From: Macrostomum lignano
Taxonomy: Eukaryota
Length of the DNA: 64,000 nucleotides
Reading direction: 5' to 3'
Assembly: GCA_002269645.1 (NCBI GenBank)
Contig: NIVC01001242.1
Coordinates: 215,954-279,953, forward strand
The translations under genes were made by a program, and so were the position numbers. Positions 23,375-35,300 of this stretch are shown here, one piece after another (within the stretch, counting starts at the first letter, position 1; each line of letters opens with the position of its first letter). The notes under the pieces are model-generated. The model had not been told where the DNA came from and did not search any database. It was given only the letters and a program-made list of their open reading frames with translations.

Positions 23375-25078
23375 CTGATTGACAGATTTCACAAGTCCAT
23401 CAGAGTACGGATCGCAGCCGCAAATTGTATAAAACGAGAAGAGAGTGTAGCCAGCGAATAGAACAGAATAAAAAGCAGGGCCACACCAGGTACGTTAATT
23501 AGAATCGACCTTCAATGAGTTGAACAACTTATCTGAATTTTGTGCTCAATTAATTGGCCTTCTCTCGCGCGGAATTCTGTTTGGTACGATTAGAGAAAAA
23601 GAGAGGGATAGGAGAGAGGGGGCGAAGAGGGATAGAGAAAGAGGGGCGGAGATGGATAAGAGAGAGGGACTTAGAGGGATAGAGGGAGAAAAGTACGGAG
23701 AGGGATAAGAGAGGGACATGAGTAGTGACTGCCGAAATAGAATATCTCTGCCGGCGAACCTGGAAATATGACGCACTTTTATGCAGCTACTGTCAGTAGT
23801 GTGAGTTTAAGGCACAAATTAATTTTTGTCATAGCTAAATCTAAACTGAATCTCAACTGAATCTCAACTGAATCTCAACTGAATCTCAACTGAATCTCAA
23901 CTGAATCTCAACCGAATCTCAACTGAATCTCAACCGAATCTCAACTGAATCTCAACTGAATCTCGACTGAATTCCAAACTGAATCTCAACTAAATATCAA
24001 CTGAATCTCAACCAAATCTCAACTGGGTTCAACTGAATCTCAAATGAATCTCCAAGGTATGCAAGCCGTGGCTCAACTAAATTGGAACTATTTTGAAAGT
24101 CGATACCATAAAGTTCATGCGTTTTTCACCTGCAAACTGATTAGAATAAGCAGCTCAATGCCGGGAACCCAATACGATCTCTCAGTCAGTTTGCGGACTG
24201 CGTCACCGATAGCAAAATTCGAGTTGATTCGAATTCAAGCACTAAGCGTGTTTATATGCAGCTGTTCTACCTGTCTGTGAATCTCTTGACCGATTATGCA
24301 AATTGGCTGCTTGTTGAGTGACTTCTTTAAGCTGGAGAGGTGTCACCTTGGATCATCAGTTTCCATTAGTAATGAGTTGCTATACTGTCTTTTGACTAGT
24401 TTGAAAATTGACTCAATTTAAACAATTGAAATACGTTAGATTCAGTTGAGATTCAGTTGAGATTCAGTTAAGATTCAGCTGGGATTCAATTAAGATTCAG
24501 TTCAGATTCAGTTGAGATTTAGTTAAGATTCAGCTATGATTCAGTTGAGATTCAGCTGAGATTCATTTGAGATTCAGCTGAGATTCAATTAAGATTCAGT
24601 TGAGATTCGGTTGAGATTCAGCTGAGATTCAGTTGAGATTCAGCTGAGATTCAATTAAGATTCAGCTGAGATTCAGTTGAGATTCAGTTAAGATTCAGTT
24701 GAGATTCAGTTGAGATTCAGCTGAGGTTCAGTTAAGATTCAGTTGAGATTCAGTTAAGATTCAGTTGAGATTCAGTTAAGATTCAGTTGAGATTCAGTTG
24801 AGATTCAGCTAAGATTCAGCTGACATCCACGTACATCAAAAGCAAGCTGTCAGTCTTGTAATCATTACATGACACAAACGTACTACCTAGCAGAGAAATG
24901 GCGGACCAATTAAGGACACAAGAATTGAGATGGCCACCGGTAGCAACTGCAGATTTCGGTTGCCAAGCAGGTACTCTCTGGTAGTTTGTTGCCGGCCGCC
25001 AGTGCACGAGGTGTACACCCCAATAGCAACAGATGACAGACAGATCAAGGCGATAAGGACGTAGTCTATGGGGTGCAT
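23375..25078 (-). pseudogene. SLC5 (SMCT/SMVT/NIS-type sodium:solute symporter) fragments
   Basis: First exon 25078-24887: IDYVLIAL..SVAIGVY..GGRQQTTREYLLGNRNLQLLPVAISILVS..SAISLLG (frameshift). Second piece ~23520-23375: INVPGVALL..SVLFAGYTLFSFY..CDPYSDGLVKSVNQ|GT (frameshift). Intervening and 3' exons not found. Confidence 0.75.
23840..24820. repeat. Two inverted arrays of an 11-bp unit around a ~400-bp spacer (foldback-like)
   Basis: (CTCAACTGAAT)n at 23840-24040 and its reverse complement (ATTCAGTTGAG)n at 24435-24820. Confidence 0.85.
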
Positions 25079-25269
25079 GACGGCGGGATGGAGGAAATTT
25101 TTGGAAAATGTTGCTGTGTCGAATAAGAACCGATCGATTTGTTCAAATATAGAATAGAGTTCTTTCTGTATTGCGAGTGCGCGTGGTTATGCTCGTAGTA
25201 TTAGGCTCGTAGTAGGTACGCTCTGATTGGCTCCATGAGAGTAGTGCAGGACCAAAACTCTATCAAAAC

Positions 25270-25520
25270 AATCTCTCTCTCCCTCTGCAATCTTAGCAAT
25301 CTCTCAACAATCTCTCCTCAACAATCTGCTCAGCAATCTCTCAACAATCTCTCAACAATCTCTCAGCAATCTCTTAGCAATCTCTAAAACAATCACTATC
25401 ACATTCTCTCAACAATCTCTCAGAAATCTCTCTGCAATCTCTCAAGAAATCTCTCTAGAAATCTCTCAGCAATCTCTCAACAACAATCTCTCAGCAATCT
25501 CTCAGCAGTCTCCCAACAAT
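25270..25520. repeat. Degenerate CAATCTCTC(AG) microsatellite
   Basis: Roughly 20 imperfect 9-13-bp units. Confidence 0.75.
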
Positions 25521-26315
25521 ATCTCTGGGTCTGTGAGGCTTCTATATTTTTTCATGACACGCATTATAGATGTAGCTATCAATTTGTTTTCAAACTGTCT
25601 GTTTTTCATTATTTATATCGTAGTTCAATCGATCTGGGACAACCTACTTATTAATTAATGGAATGGTTTTCTTGTCTGTTTATCAAAATAAATGGTTCAG
25701 AAAGTCGTCGGTTTGTATTTTTAGGCAGAGCTGAAAGTTTAAAAAAATATATTTAGGAGTATTACCCACCTCAGTATGTCTTGTTAAACTGAAAAAGTTA
25801 GCGTTTGTTTTTCTGTTAAGTTTAATGAATTTAAAAAATATTTTTCAAAGAAACTCGACAAAATTTAATTAAAGTTAGATCAGAACCAATAATAATACTC
25901 ATTCATTCATTCGAGTGCTTGTACGAGTGTCTGAAGAAATTGACTTAGTTATTTATATGTTATTATTGTCAGTCTTAGTGTTATCGAGATTTTTGTGGTA
26001 GTTTGATTATCAGAAGCTGGCCCTATGCTTTGGTTATAAATATAAAATATATATCATATTCAAGTTAAAATAAAGTGAATCGCCTTACCTTAGGCTTAGC
26101 TCAAAGCCTCATTTTTTATTTTTAGATTCAGTTGGATCTAGGCCTAGTAGAGTCATTAAGTTTAAAAATTCATATACTACTGTAAATTCACAACTGAAAC
26201 AAATCATCAGTCAATTCAAAAATGACAATGAAAGCCTTTGGATTTATTATATAATTATAAGTATTGGTATGTTAAATTGATAAAACAGTTGGCGTAATTA
26301 TATATAACTAATAAG

Positions 26316-29300
26316 ATGTCTACAGCAAATGAGTCTGTAAAATGGCAGGACTTATTAGAAAAAGAGTTTGACAAATCCTTTGCTGATCTAGAGCTTCTAT
26401 TGCATAAAAATCTATCATCTAACAAAGAGTTATATACAAATATAACAAACTATCTAAATACAATCTGTAGCACATTTTCTCAATTGAACCAGCGTGCCTT
26501 AACAATTTTCTATAATAATGCAAAGCTTGAAGTAAGTTGCCTTGCTTTTAAATTAATTTTTTTATTATCGTATATTTAAACTATATAGTGTAGGTCAATG
26601 CCACTAGGCCTAGGCTTATAGCATTATATAATATATATTTAGGCCTATGTTATAAATAGTTGCCTAAATATTTTTAATATTAAGATTTACTAAAATGCTT
26701 ATTTACTACACATTTTAGCATCTTAACAATAGACAAGTAGGCTTTATTGTTGCTTTTATACTATAGTTCAGATTGTATATTAGTGCATACCAAGTTTAAT
26801 ACTGGAATAAATGATGAGACCTCGTTTGTATGCCAGGTTTGTATGAAATGCCAATATAAAAAATTGTCATTTGACACAATGAATTTAATGTTATATATGC
26901 TAGTATATATCTTGATATAGGCCTATGCTCATACATGCGCAACTGCTGGCCGACCTAGCCGATCTGGCCACCGTAAATCGTGGCTGACCAGGGGTAAGTC
27001 GCAAAATTGAGTCAACCAAAAACAGAAAAACACAAGAACCAAGAAAGGCAAGAGGAAAGCAAAAGAAAGTTCAGTTCAGGGAAAATGGTGAAGCAAAAGA
27101 AAAACAATTCGCAAAAGAAGCAAACTAAGTTGTAAAAATAATCAGGTAAGTCGCAAAAAGGATCAGGTAAGTCGCAACAGGAATCAGGTAAGTCGCAACA
27201 GGAATCAGGTAAGTCGCAAAAGAAGCAAACTAAGTCGCAAAAAGGATCAGGTAAGTCGCAAAAGAAGCAAACTAAGTCGCAAAAAGGATCAGGTAAGTCG
27301 CAAAAAGGATTAGGTAAGTCGCAAAAGAATTAGGTAAGTCGCAAAAAGGATCAGGTAAGTCGCAAAAGGGTTAGGTAAGTCGCAAAAGGATTAGGTAAGT
27401 CGCAAAAGAATTAGGTAAGTCGCAAAAAGGATCAGGTAAGTCGCAAAAAGGATCAGGTAAGTCGCAAAAGGATTAGGTAAGTCGCAAAAGAAGCAACTAA
27501 GTCGCAATAAGAGGGAAGTAAGTCACAATCAGAGGCAATCAGGGGGTAGTAGGTGCAAGTGTGGCAAGAGAGCAAAAACAGAATAGAAGCCTTCAACCAC
27601 AGACAAGATCTTTGAAATCAGAAGCCCGCGTCAACAGTTTCCCATTGATTTCTTAAACTCTGGAGCAGGGGTTGGCAAACTCTGGCTCGCGAAGCCCCTC
27701 TATCTGGCCCTCGCCCCTCGGGTTCTTTGAAACTTCCTAACTACGAGTAGCAAGGTTGGTGTCTCTTCAACTCTCATCTCTCTCTTCTTCTCTACCTTGC
27801 CTCCCCTCTTCTCTCTCTCCCCCTTTTCCCTCTTCTCTCTCCTCTCATTTTTACTCTCCTCTCTTCTCCCCCTTTCTCTCTACCCTTTCTCCTCAATGCC
27901 CTCTTCTCTCTTATCTTCAGCAAAAATATGTGCGTATTTTCTTACTTCAAAGTAGAGGGAATAGAAGATTAGAGATAAGCAAACAGAGGAGAGGCGAGCG
28001 ATGCGATGGGAGAAAAGATAGAAGAGGAGAGAAAAGCTGAGGGAGGAAAAAGAGATGAGAGAGAAGAGGAGATGAGAGGAAAGAGGAAAGAAAAGATGAT
28101 GGATGAGATCAGAAGAGAGGAAAGAGGAAAGAGGAGAGAGTAGATGAGAGAAGAGAGGATAAAGAGGAGATGAGAGGAGAGTGAAGAGAGGAGAGATGAG
28201 AGAGTAGAAAAGAGAGGAGAGATAAGATGAGAGAGTAGAGTGGAGAGAGACGAGAGGGAAGATAAGATAAGAGAGTAGAGTGGAATGGAGAGAGACGAGA
28301 GGAGAGATAAGAATGTAGAGAGGAGACAGAAGAGATAGGAGAGGAGAGGAAAGAGAGGAGAGAGGAGAGGTAAGAGAGAAGGGATAAGGGATGAGAGAGA
28401 AAAGAAAAAGAGGATGAGAAGATTGAGGAATGGAGAGAATTTGCAAAGGCCTCAAATCTTAGTTTAACATGCATTACTCCCATCTTTGCCTTTTTCCTAA
28501 CTGTTAACAAGTTTTTGTTTGAGCATGACTTCAAATGTAGAATCTATGCAAAACTAGTTCCGGGAATTAGAATTCAGTGGTTTAAAAATCTGTGGGTTTT
28601 CATAGCTTGTATCTCTACTGGATTCGTATTCTGCATCTGATGAGCCATCTGAATCAGGGCTCTCATCTTCCATGCCAAATCGTCTAGCAAATCGTTCTTG
28701 AGCTATAGGTCACACTGTATTCACTTCAATTACTTCTGGACATTCATGAATCATGACTTTTGTAGTATGCTCACTACACTGTACTGACAATTTACCAATT
28801 GCTTCATGCCGCCACTAGATGACATACTGATTAGCTGTTATAAAAACGCGGAATCTGCACGCAGCACTAATTAGCTGGCGAGGCATTTAGCTTTAAAAAT
28901 ATGGTCATAGTTACTCCTGCCGTTTACCTAAAGTTTTTGCTTGGCTCTTTCATAGGTAAGTCGCATTTTTTATCGAAAACTAAGTCGCACGGCCAGCGTA
29001 ATTTCAGAAGTTGCGCATGTATGCCTATGCTGAAAAATGGTAAGACCTTTGTTATATGCCAGCCTTCTAAACTATGGCTTTTATAAATATATCTCATATA
29101 AGTCACTCTTAAAGATATGATAGCTATGTTTATAATGCAAAAACTTATAGAAATGGCAACTGTCTTTAATAGTGCCTAGGTTTATACTTATAGACATGCC
29201 TACTATTTATATAATTAGAGTCTATAAACATGGCAGCTATGTCTTTAATATAAAATGCATATTATATTAGTGATGTATTGTCTGTGTCAATAAAGTCTAT

Positions 29301-32300
29301 ATAGTGCCAATGGCCATGTTAATATTAAATGGGTTTATACATAGACTTAAAGATATAGAAGGTGGCTATGTTCCTAATATAAAATTCGTTTGGCATTAAA
29401 GTCAATGGCTATCTCCTTATTGCCAAAATTTAAAGCCATGGTATACTATACGCAGTATAATACTCAACCATGGGGATACAATTACCTTCCTTTTAGGTAG
29501 AGACAAAAAAAAGGCAAATGGTATCTAATCCAATTTTTGCCAAAATAGAAAGCCATCAATTTGCCCTTCCTTCCTTTGCCTTCGTTGACTTTCTAGAATC
29601 TATCCCCTCAATAAACTTCTAGTTATGCTATTGAAAATAAATAAAATGGCTAGTTAAGAAATGTCTATTCAATGTTTTTTTATACTTGTAATACCTTTTA
29701 TATTCAATTTATCTTTTCTTATATCTAAAGCTAAGTGGGTAGACTGTTAGGTTTGATGCATATCTTCTCCTAGACAGCTGGCAACTCAAATATAAATGAA
29801 AGTTAATTTATATTAACTTAGTTATAACTGAAGAAGTTAAAGGTTCTTTTCATAGGCTCTGAAATTTGCAACATTCATTTATTTACTTATTGCTTTACCC
29901 TTTACCAATGAAATCAAAGGCTTTCAATAGTCCTTTAAATCACAGTAAGTAAGTGGCCAATATTAGCAACCAGATGCAACATATATATATATACCCTATA
30001 GATATGAAGCGCAGTCTGGACCTAGGCATTATTAGAGACAAGGTATATTTATATCTCTACAAACTTTATCAACAACTTTATTAACAACTTACCTTGTGTA
30101 TATCCAAATCAATGGCAGAAATCTAAGCTAAAGAATACTATAGTAAATATGGTAAAATGGGTATCTATAATGGCTATATTGGTATATATAAAAGCTAACA
30201 ACTGCTCTTATGCCTTTGACAATGACAATATAATGTAGTCTTTAAATCTATCAAAATACTTATCTCTATCCTACCCTTTATATTTCTAAACCTCTGACCT
30301 ATAGAAGCTTTTAATCTATAAACTCTATGTTTAAAATTAACTATTGAAATGTTTTAAAATCCACAAAATCCCAAAATGCTCCAGAATATTATTAATTATA
30401 GAAATATGGAACTGAAATTACCTAATGTAAGGCTGTTCAGTCCAATGACTGGGATGGGGGGTTGCCAAACAGCCCTCAATTACCCCAGCTAATTTTGGCA
30501 CCCAATTTTACAGCTGGGTGAACTGAAGCAATGTAGAGTTAAGTGTCTTGCTCAAGGACACAAATTGTTCCAGTGGGATTTTAAGAATCAAAACCCTGAC
30601 CTTACAGTTGTAAGACTGGCTACAACCCTCTATCACAAAACACTGAGCTTATAAGAAGGCTCTAAATTGTCTGTAAAGTTATACAATAAATAGGTAACAT
30701 GCATTTACTATAATATTAACTAAAATGTACTTTCAATAAAAGTAACCACGCACCAGCCTCTAAATAAAAAGTAAAACTTGATGAATCAGTCTGCCATAAT
30801 GGTATTGTAAAAAAGACAACATTTTTTTAGGCTCAGCTGGTATCCATGCGCACAGACCTGGCCTCTGCTCAGGCCGCAGCTGCAAGCTCTGCTGGTGCAG
30901 CATCAGCCAAAGCTTCATCATCACTAGCAGATGTTGATGCCCAGCCTCCGCAGCCCGCATCCTCAGACTCTGCCAAGTCTGAGATTCTGAAATTCGAACG
31001 GGATATTGTTGTGAATGAGAATGCCGAGCTCAGACGGTACTGCCTGGCTCTGCAGACTGAGCTGTATGCTGCCCGCCTGACTGCCAAATACCTCAATAAG
31101 GAGCTGGCAGGTCGTGTGCAACAGATGCAGCTGCTGACTGCCAGCAGCAATGGGACTGGTCTGGGTGAGTGCCAGCCTTACTGGGCCAGCCTCCCAGATC
31201 CTCAGTTGCTGGGCCAGCCTGCCAGATCTTCAGTTGCTGGGCCAGCCTCCCAGATCCTCAGTAGCTGGACCAGCCTGCCAGATCTTCAGTTGCTGGGCCA
31301 GCCTCCCAGATCCTCAGTTGCTGGGCCAGCCTCCCAGATCCCCAGTTGCTGGGCCAGCCTCCCAGATCCTCAGTTGCTGGGCCAGCCTCCCAGATCCTCG
31401 GTTGCTGGGCCACCCTTCCAGATCCCCAGTTGCTGGGCCAGCCTCCCAGATCCTCAGTTGCTGGGCCAGCCTCCCAGATCCTCGGTTGCTGGGCCAGCCT
31501 CCCAGATCCTCAGTTGCTGGGCCAGCCTCCCAGATTCTCAGTTGCTGGGCCACCCTTCCAGATCCCCAGTTGCTGGGCCAGCCTCCCAGATCCTCAGTTG
31601 CTGGGCCAGCCTCCCAGATCCTCGGTTGCTGGGCCAGCCTCCCAGATCCTCGGTTGCTGGGCCAGCCTCCCAGATCCTCGGTTGCTGGGCCAGCCTCCCA
31701 GATCCTCATCAGTTGCTGGGCCAGCCTCCCAGATCCTCGGTTGCTGAGCCAGCCTCCCAGATTCCCAGTTGCTGGGCCAGCCTCCCAGATCCTCGGTTGC
31801 TGGGCCAGCCTCCCAGATCCTCAGTTGCTGGGCCAGCCTCCCAGATCTTCAGTTGCTGTGCCAGACTCCCAGATCCTCAGTTGCTGGGCCAGCCTCCCAG
31901 ATCCTCGGTTGCTGGGCCAGCCTCCCAGATCCTCAGTTGCTGGGCCAGCCTCCCAGATTCTCAGTTGCTGGGCCACCCTTCCAGATCCCCAGTTGCTGGG
32001 CCAGCCTCCCAGATCCTCAGTTGCTGGGCCAGCCTCCCAGATTCTCAGTTGCTGGGCCACCCTTCCAGATCCCCAGTTGCTGGGCCAGCCTCCCAGATCC
32101 TCAGTTGCTGGGCCAGCCTCCCAGATCCTCGGTTGCTGGGCCAGCCTCCCAGATCCTCATCAGTTGCTGGGCCAGCAGCCTCCCAGATTCCCAGTTGCTG
32201 GGCCAGCCTCCCAGATCCTCATCAGTTGCTGGGCCAGCAGCCTCCCAGATCCTCATCAGTTGCTGGGCCAGCAGCCTCCCAGATTCCCAGTTGCTGGTCC

Positions 32301-35300
32301 AGCCTCCCAGATCCTCAGTTGCTGGTCCAGCCTCCCAGAGTGTCCGTTGCTGAGCCAGCCAGCCTCCCAGATCATCATTGTCTGGGCCAGCCTTTAAAAC
32401 GCATCATCAACTCAAATCAATCCATTTCAACTTTTCATTTTTACATTTCAGACGGTGTCAGCGGTGCTGGCAGCGGAGGCAGCGGCGGCGGCCGTCACCC
32501 GATGGGCCCTGGCGAGCGCAGGCGGCTGTGGTCGCAGCTGGAAGCTGAGATCCGACTGCACAGGTGCAAAACTTTGCTTCGAGCGAGTCGCGGTCGTTCC
32601 GTTGCCAGGTCGGTGAAATCTGCGATTGTCGATTGTAAAGACTGATTCGCCTGACCTTGAGCACAGGCTATTATTAATCTTCCCCGATTCCCCTTAAGAA
32701 TCTCTCCCTATTCCTTTAAGAATCTCTTCCAATTTCCCTTGAGAATCTCCTGCCAAATTCCCTGGAGAATCTCCTAAATTCCCCTTTGAGAATCACCAAA
32801 TTCCCCTTGAGAATCTCCTGCCAATTCCCTTGGAGAATCTCCCTAATTCCCCTTGAATCTGCTGCCAATTCCCTTGGAGAATCTCCCAAATTCCCTTTGA
32901 AAATCTCCTGCCAATTCCCTTGGAGAATCTCCCAAATTCCTTTTAAGAATCTCCCCACCATTCTCTTGAAAATCTCCCCTAATTCCCTTAATAATCTCCC
33001 CTGGATTCCCCTTAAGAATCTCCCCATTCCCTTTGAGTATCTCCCCCTCTCAATTCCCCTCCAGAATCTCCCCCAATTCCTCTTGAGAATCTACCCCAAT
33101 CCCCTTTGATAATCCTTCCCAATTATCCTTGATTATCTCCCCCAATTCCCTTTGAGAAACTCCCCCAATTTCCCTTGATTATCTCCCCCAATTCCCTTTG
33201 AGAAACTCCCCCAATTCCCGTTGAGTATCTCCTCCAATACGTCTCCCCCAATACGTATAGAGAATCTGCCACAACCCCTTGAGAATCTGCCATAATTCTC
33301 CTAAAAAATGCTTCTCGCTACTTTTAGTAGACAAAACTCAACAAAATGCATTTTAGGTTCCTACCAAACAACGGCTTGGCCCCGGGTCAGGAGGAATCGC
33401 TGACCGACTGTTCACCGCGTCAAGTCAGCGTCAGCAAGGATCCCGGTGAAGGCCTTGGCGTGTCCATTGTTGGAGGCCGCGAGCACGGGGCCCCAATTCT
33501 CATTTCCGAGCTGCATCCGGGTCTGCCAGCTGCTCGATGCGGTCTGATTCGTGTTGGCGATGCCATTCTGTCTGTTGACGGAGTGTCGCTCAGAGAGGCT
33601 CGACATCACGATGCTGTACAAGTGCTGAGTCATCTTCGAGAGTCCACTGTGGAACTCACTCTGGTCTTTGTTGCCGATGTTGACCAGCCAGGGAGTGCTG
33701 ATGATGACGAAGTGACTGATGAAGATGAGGACGACCGGTTTGTGGATCTGGCCACTGGATACAGGTGGGTTGTGTCTGTGGGATACAGGTGGGTTGTGTC
33801 TGTGGGATACAGGTGGGTTGTGTCTGTGGGATACAGGTGGGTTGTGTCTGGGATACAGGTAGGTTGTGTCTGTGGGATACAGGTGGGTTGTGTCTGTGGG
33901 ATACAAGTGGGTTGTGTCTGTGGGATACAGGTGGGTTGTGTCTGTGGGATACAGGTGGGTTGTGTCTGTGGGATACAAGTGGGTTGTGTCTGTGGGATAC
34001 AGGTGGGTTGTGTCTGTGGGATACAGGTGGGTTGTGTCTGTGGGATACAGGTGGGTTGTGTCTGTGGGATACAGGTGGGTTGTGTCTGGGATACAGGTAG
34101 GTTGTGTCTGTGGGATACAGGTGGGTTGTGTCTGGGATACAGGTGGGTTGTGTCTGTGAGATACAAGTGGGTTGTGTCTGTTTGATACAGGTGGATTGTG
34201 TCTGTGGGATACAAGTGGGTTGTGTCTGTGGGATACAGGTGGGTTGTGTCTGTGGGATACAGGTGGATTGTGTCTGTGGGATACAGGTGGGTTGTGTCTG
34301 TGGGATACAGGTGGATTGTGTCTGTGGGATACAGGTGGGTTGTGTCTGTGAGATACAGGTGGGTTGTGTCTGAGGGATACAGGTGGGTTGTGTCTGTGGG
34401 ATACAGGTGAGTTGTGTCTGTGGGATACAGGTGGGTTGTGTCTGTGAGATACAAGTGGGTTGTGTCTGTTTGATACAGGTGGATTGTGTCTGTGGGATAC
34501 AGGTGGGTTGTGTCTGTGGGATACAAGTGGGTTGTGTCTGTGGGATACAGGTGGGTTGTGTCTGTGGGATACAGGTGGATTGTGTCTGTGGGATACAGGT
34601 GGGTTGTGTCTGTGGGATACAGGTGGATTGTGTCTGTGGGATACAGGTGGGTTGTCTGTGGGATACAGGTGGATTGTGTCTGTGGGATACAGGTGGGTTG
34701 TGTCTGTGGGATACAGGTGGGTTGTGTCTGTGGTATGCAGGTGGGTTGTGTCTGAGATGCAGGTGGGTTGTGTCTGTGGGATACAGGTGGGTTGTGTCTG
34801 TGGTATGCAGGTGGGTTGTGTCTGAGATGCAGGTGGGTTGTGTCTGTGGGATACAGGTGGGTTGTGTCTGTGGTATGCAGGTGGGTTGTGTCTAAGATGC
34901 AGGTGGGTTGTGTCTGTGGTATGCAGGTGGGTTGTGTCTAAGATGCAGGTGGGTTGTGTCTGTGGGATACAGGTGGGTTGTGTCTGTGGTATGCAGGTGG
35001 GTTGTGTCCGATGCACACTAGTTATTGCTTAACTTAATTACCCTCCAGGTTCCGCATGTACGATGATGAAATGACAACTTGTCATGGAAATCAGTTACGA
35101 AAGAAGTTGAAGAACAAAACTGAAGTCAAACTCCAGCCAAGGTAATTTTTTTACCATTGCAAAAACGTTTTTTTATAATCATTTTGTCTATGCCAGGCTG
35201 TTTTTTTAAGTTTCACTGTGGTAAAAAAATAATCGCAAAATAACAATTCTTTTTTTTCTATTTTCAGCTGTAGCACTCAAGAAGGTAAAGTCTCAGCACA

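Larger units (their letters stand above)
26930..29023. mobile_element. Non-autonomous TIR DNA transposon (P- or hAT-like), 2094 bp, in GOPC intron 1
   Basis: 15-bp perfect TIR CATACATGCGCAACT. 8-bp TSD CCTATGCT at 26922-26929 and 29024-29031. Internal GGTAAGTCGC array, CT/GA-rich tracts and a decayed acidic minus-strand frame at ~28560-28800. Confidence 0.9.

Noticed and set aside
27756-28534. Leu/Ser-rich ORFs resembling membrane proteins
   Set aside because: CT/GA low-complexity tracts inside the TIR element.
33412-35016. 534-aa and other minus-strand ORFs (HRHNPPVS/TDTTHLYP)
   Set aside because: Antisense read-through of the GOPC donor array and PDZ exon.
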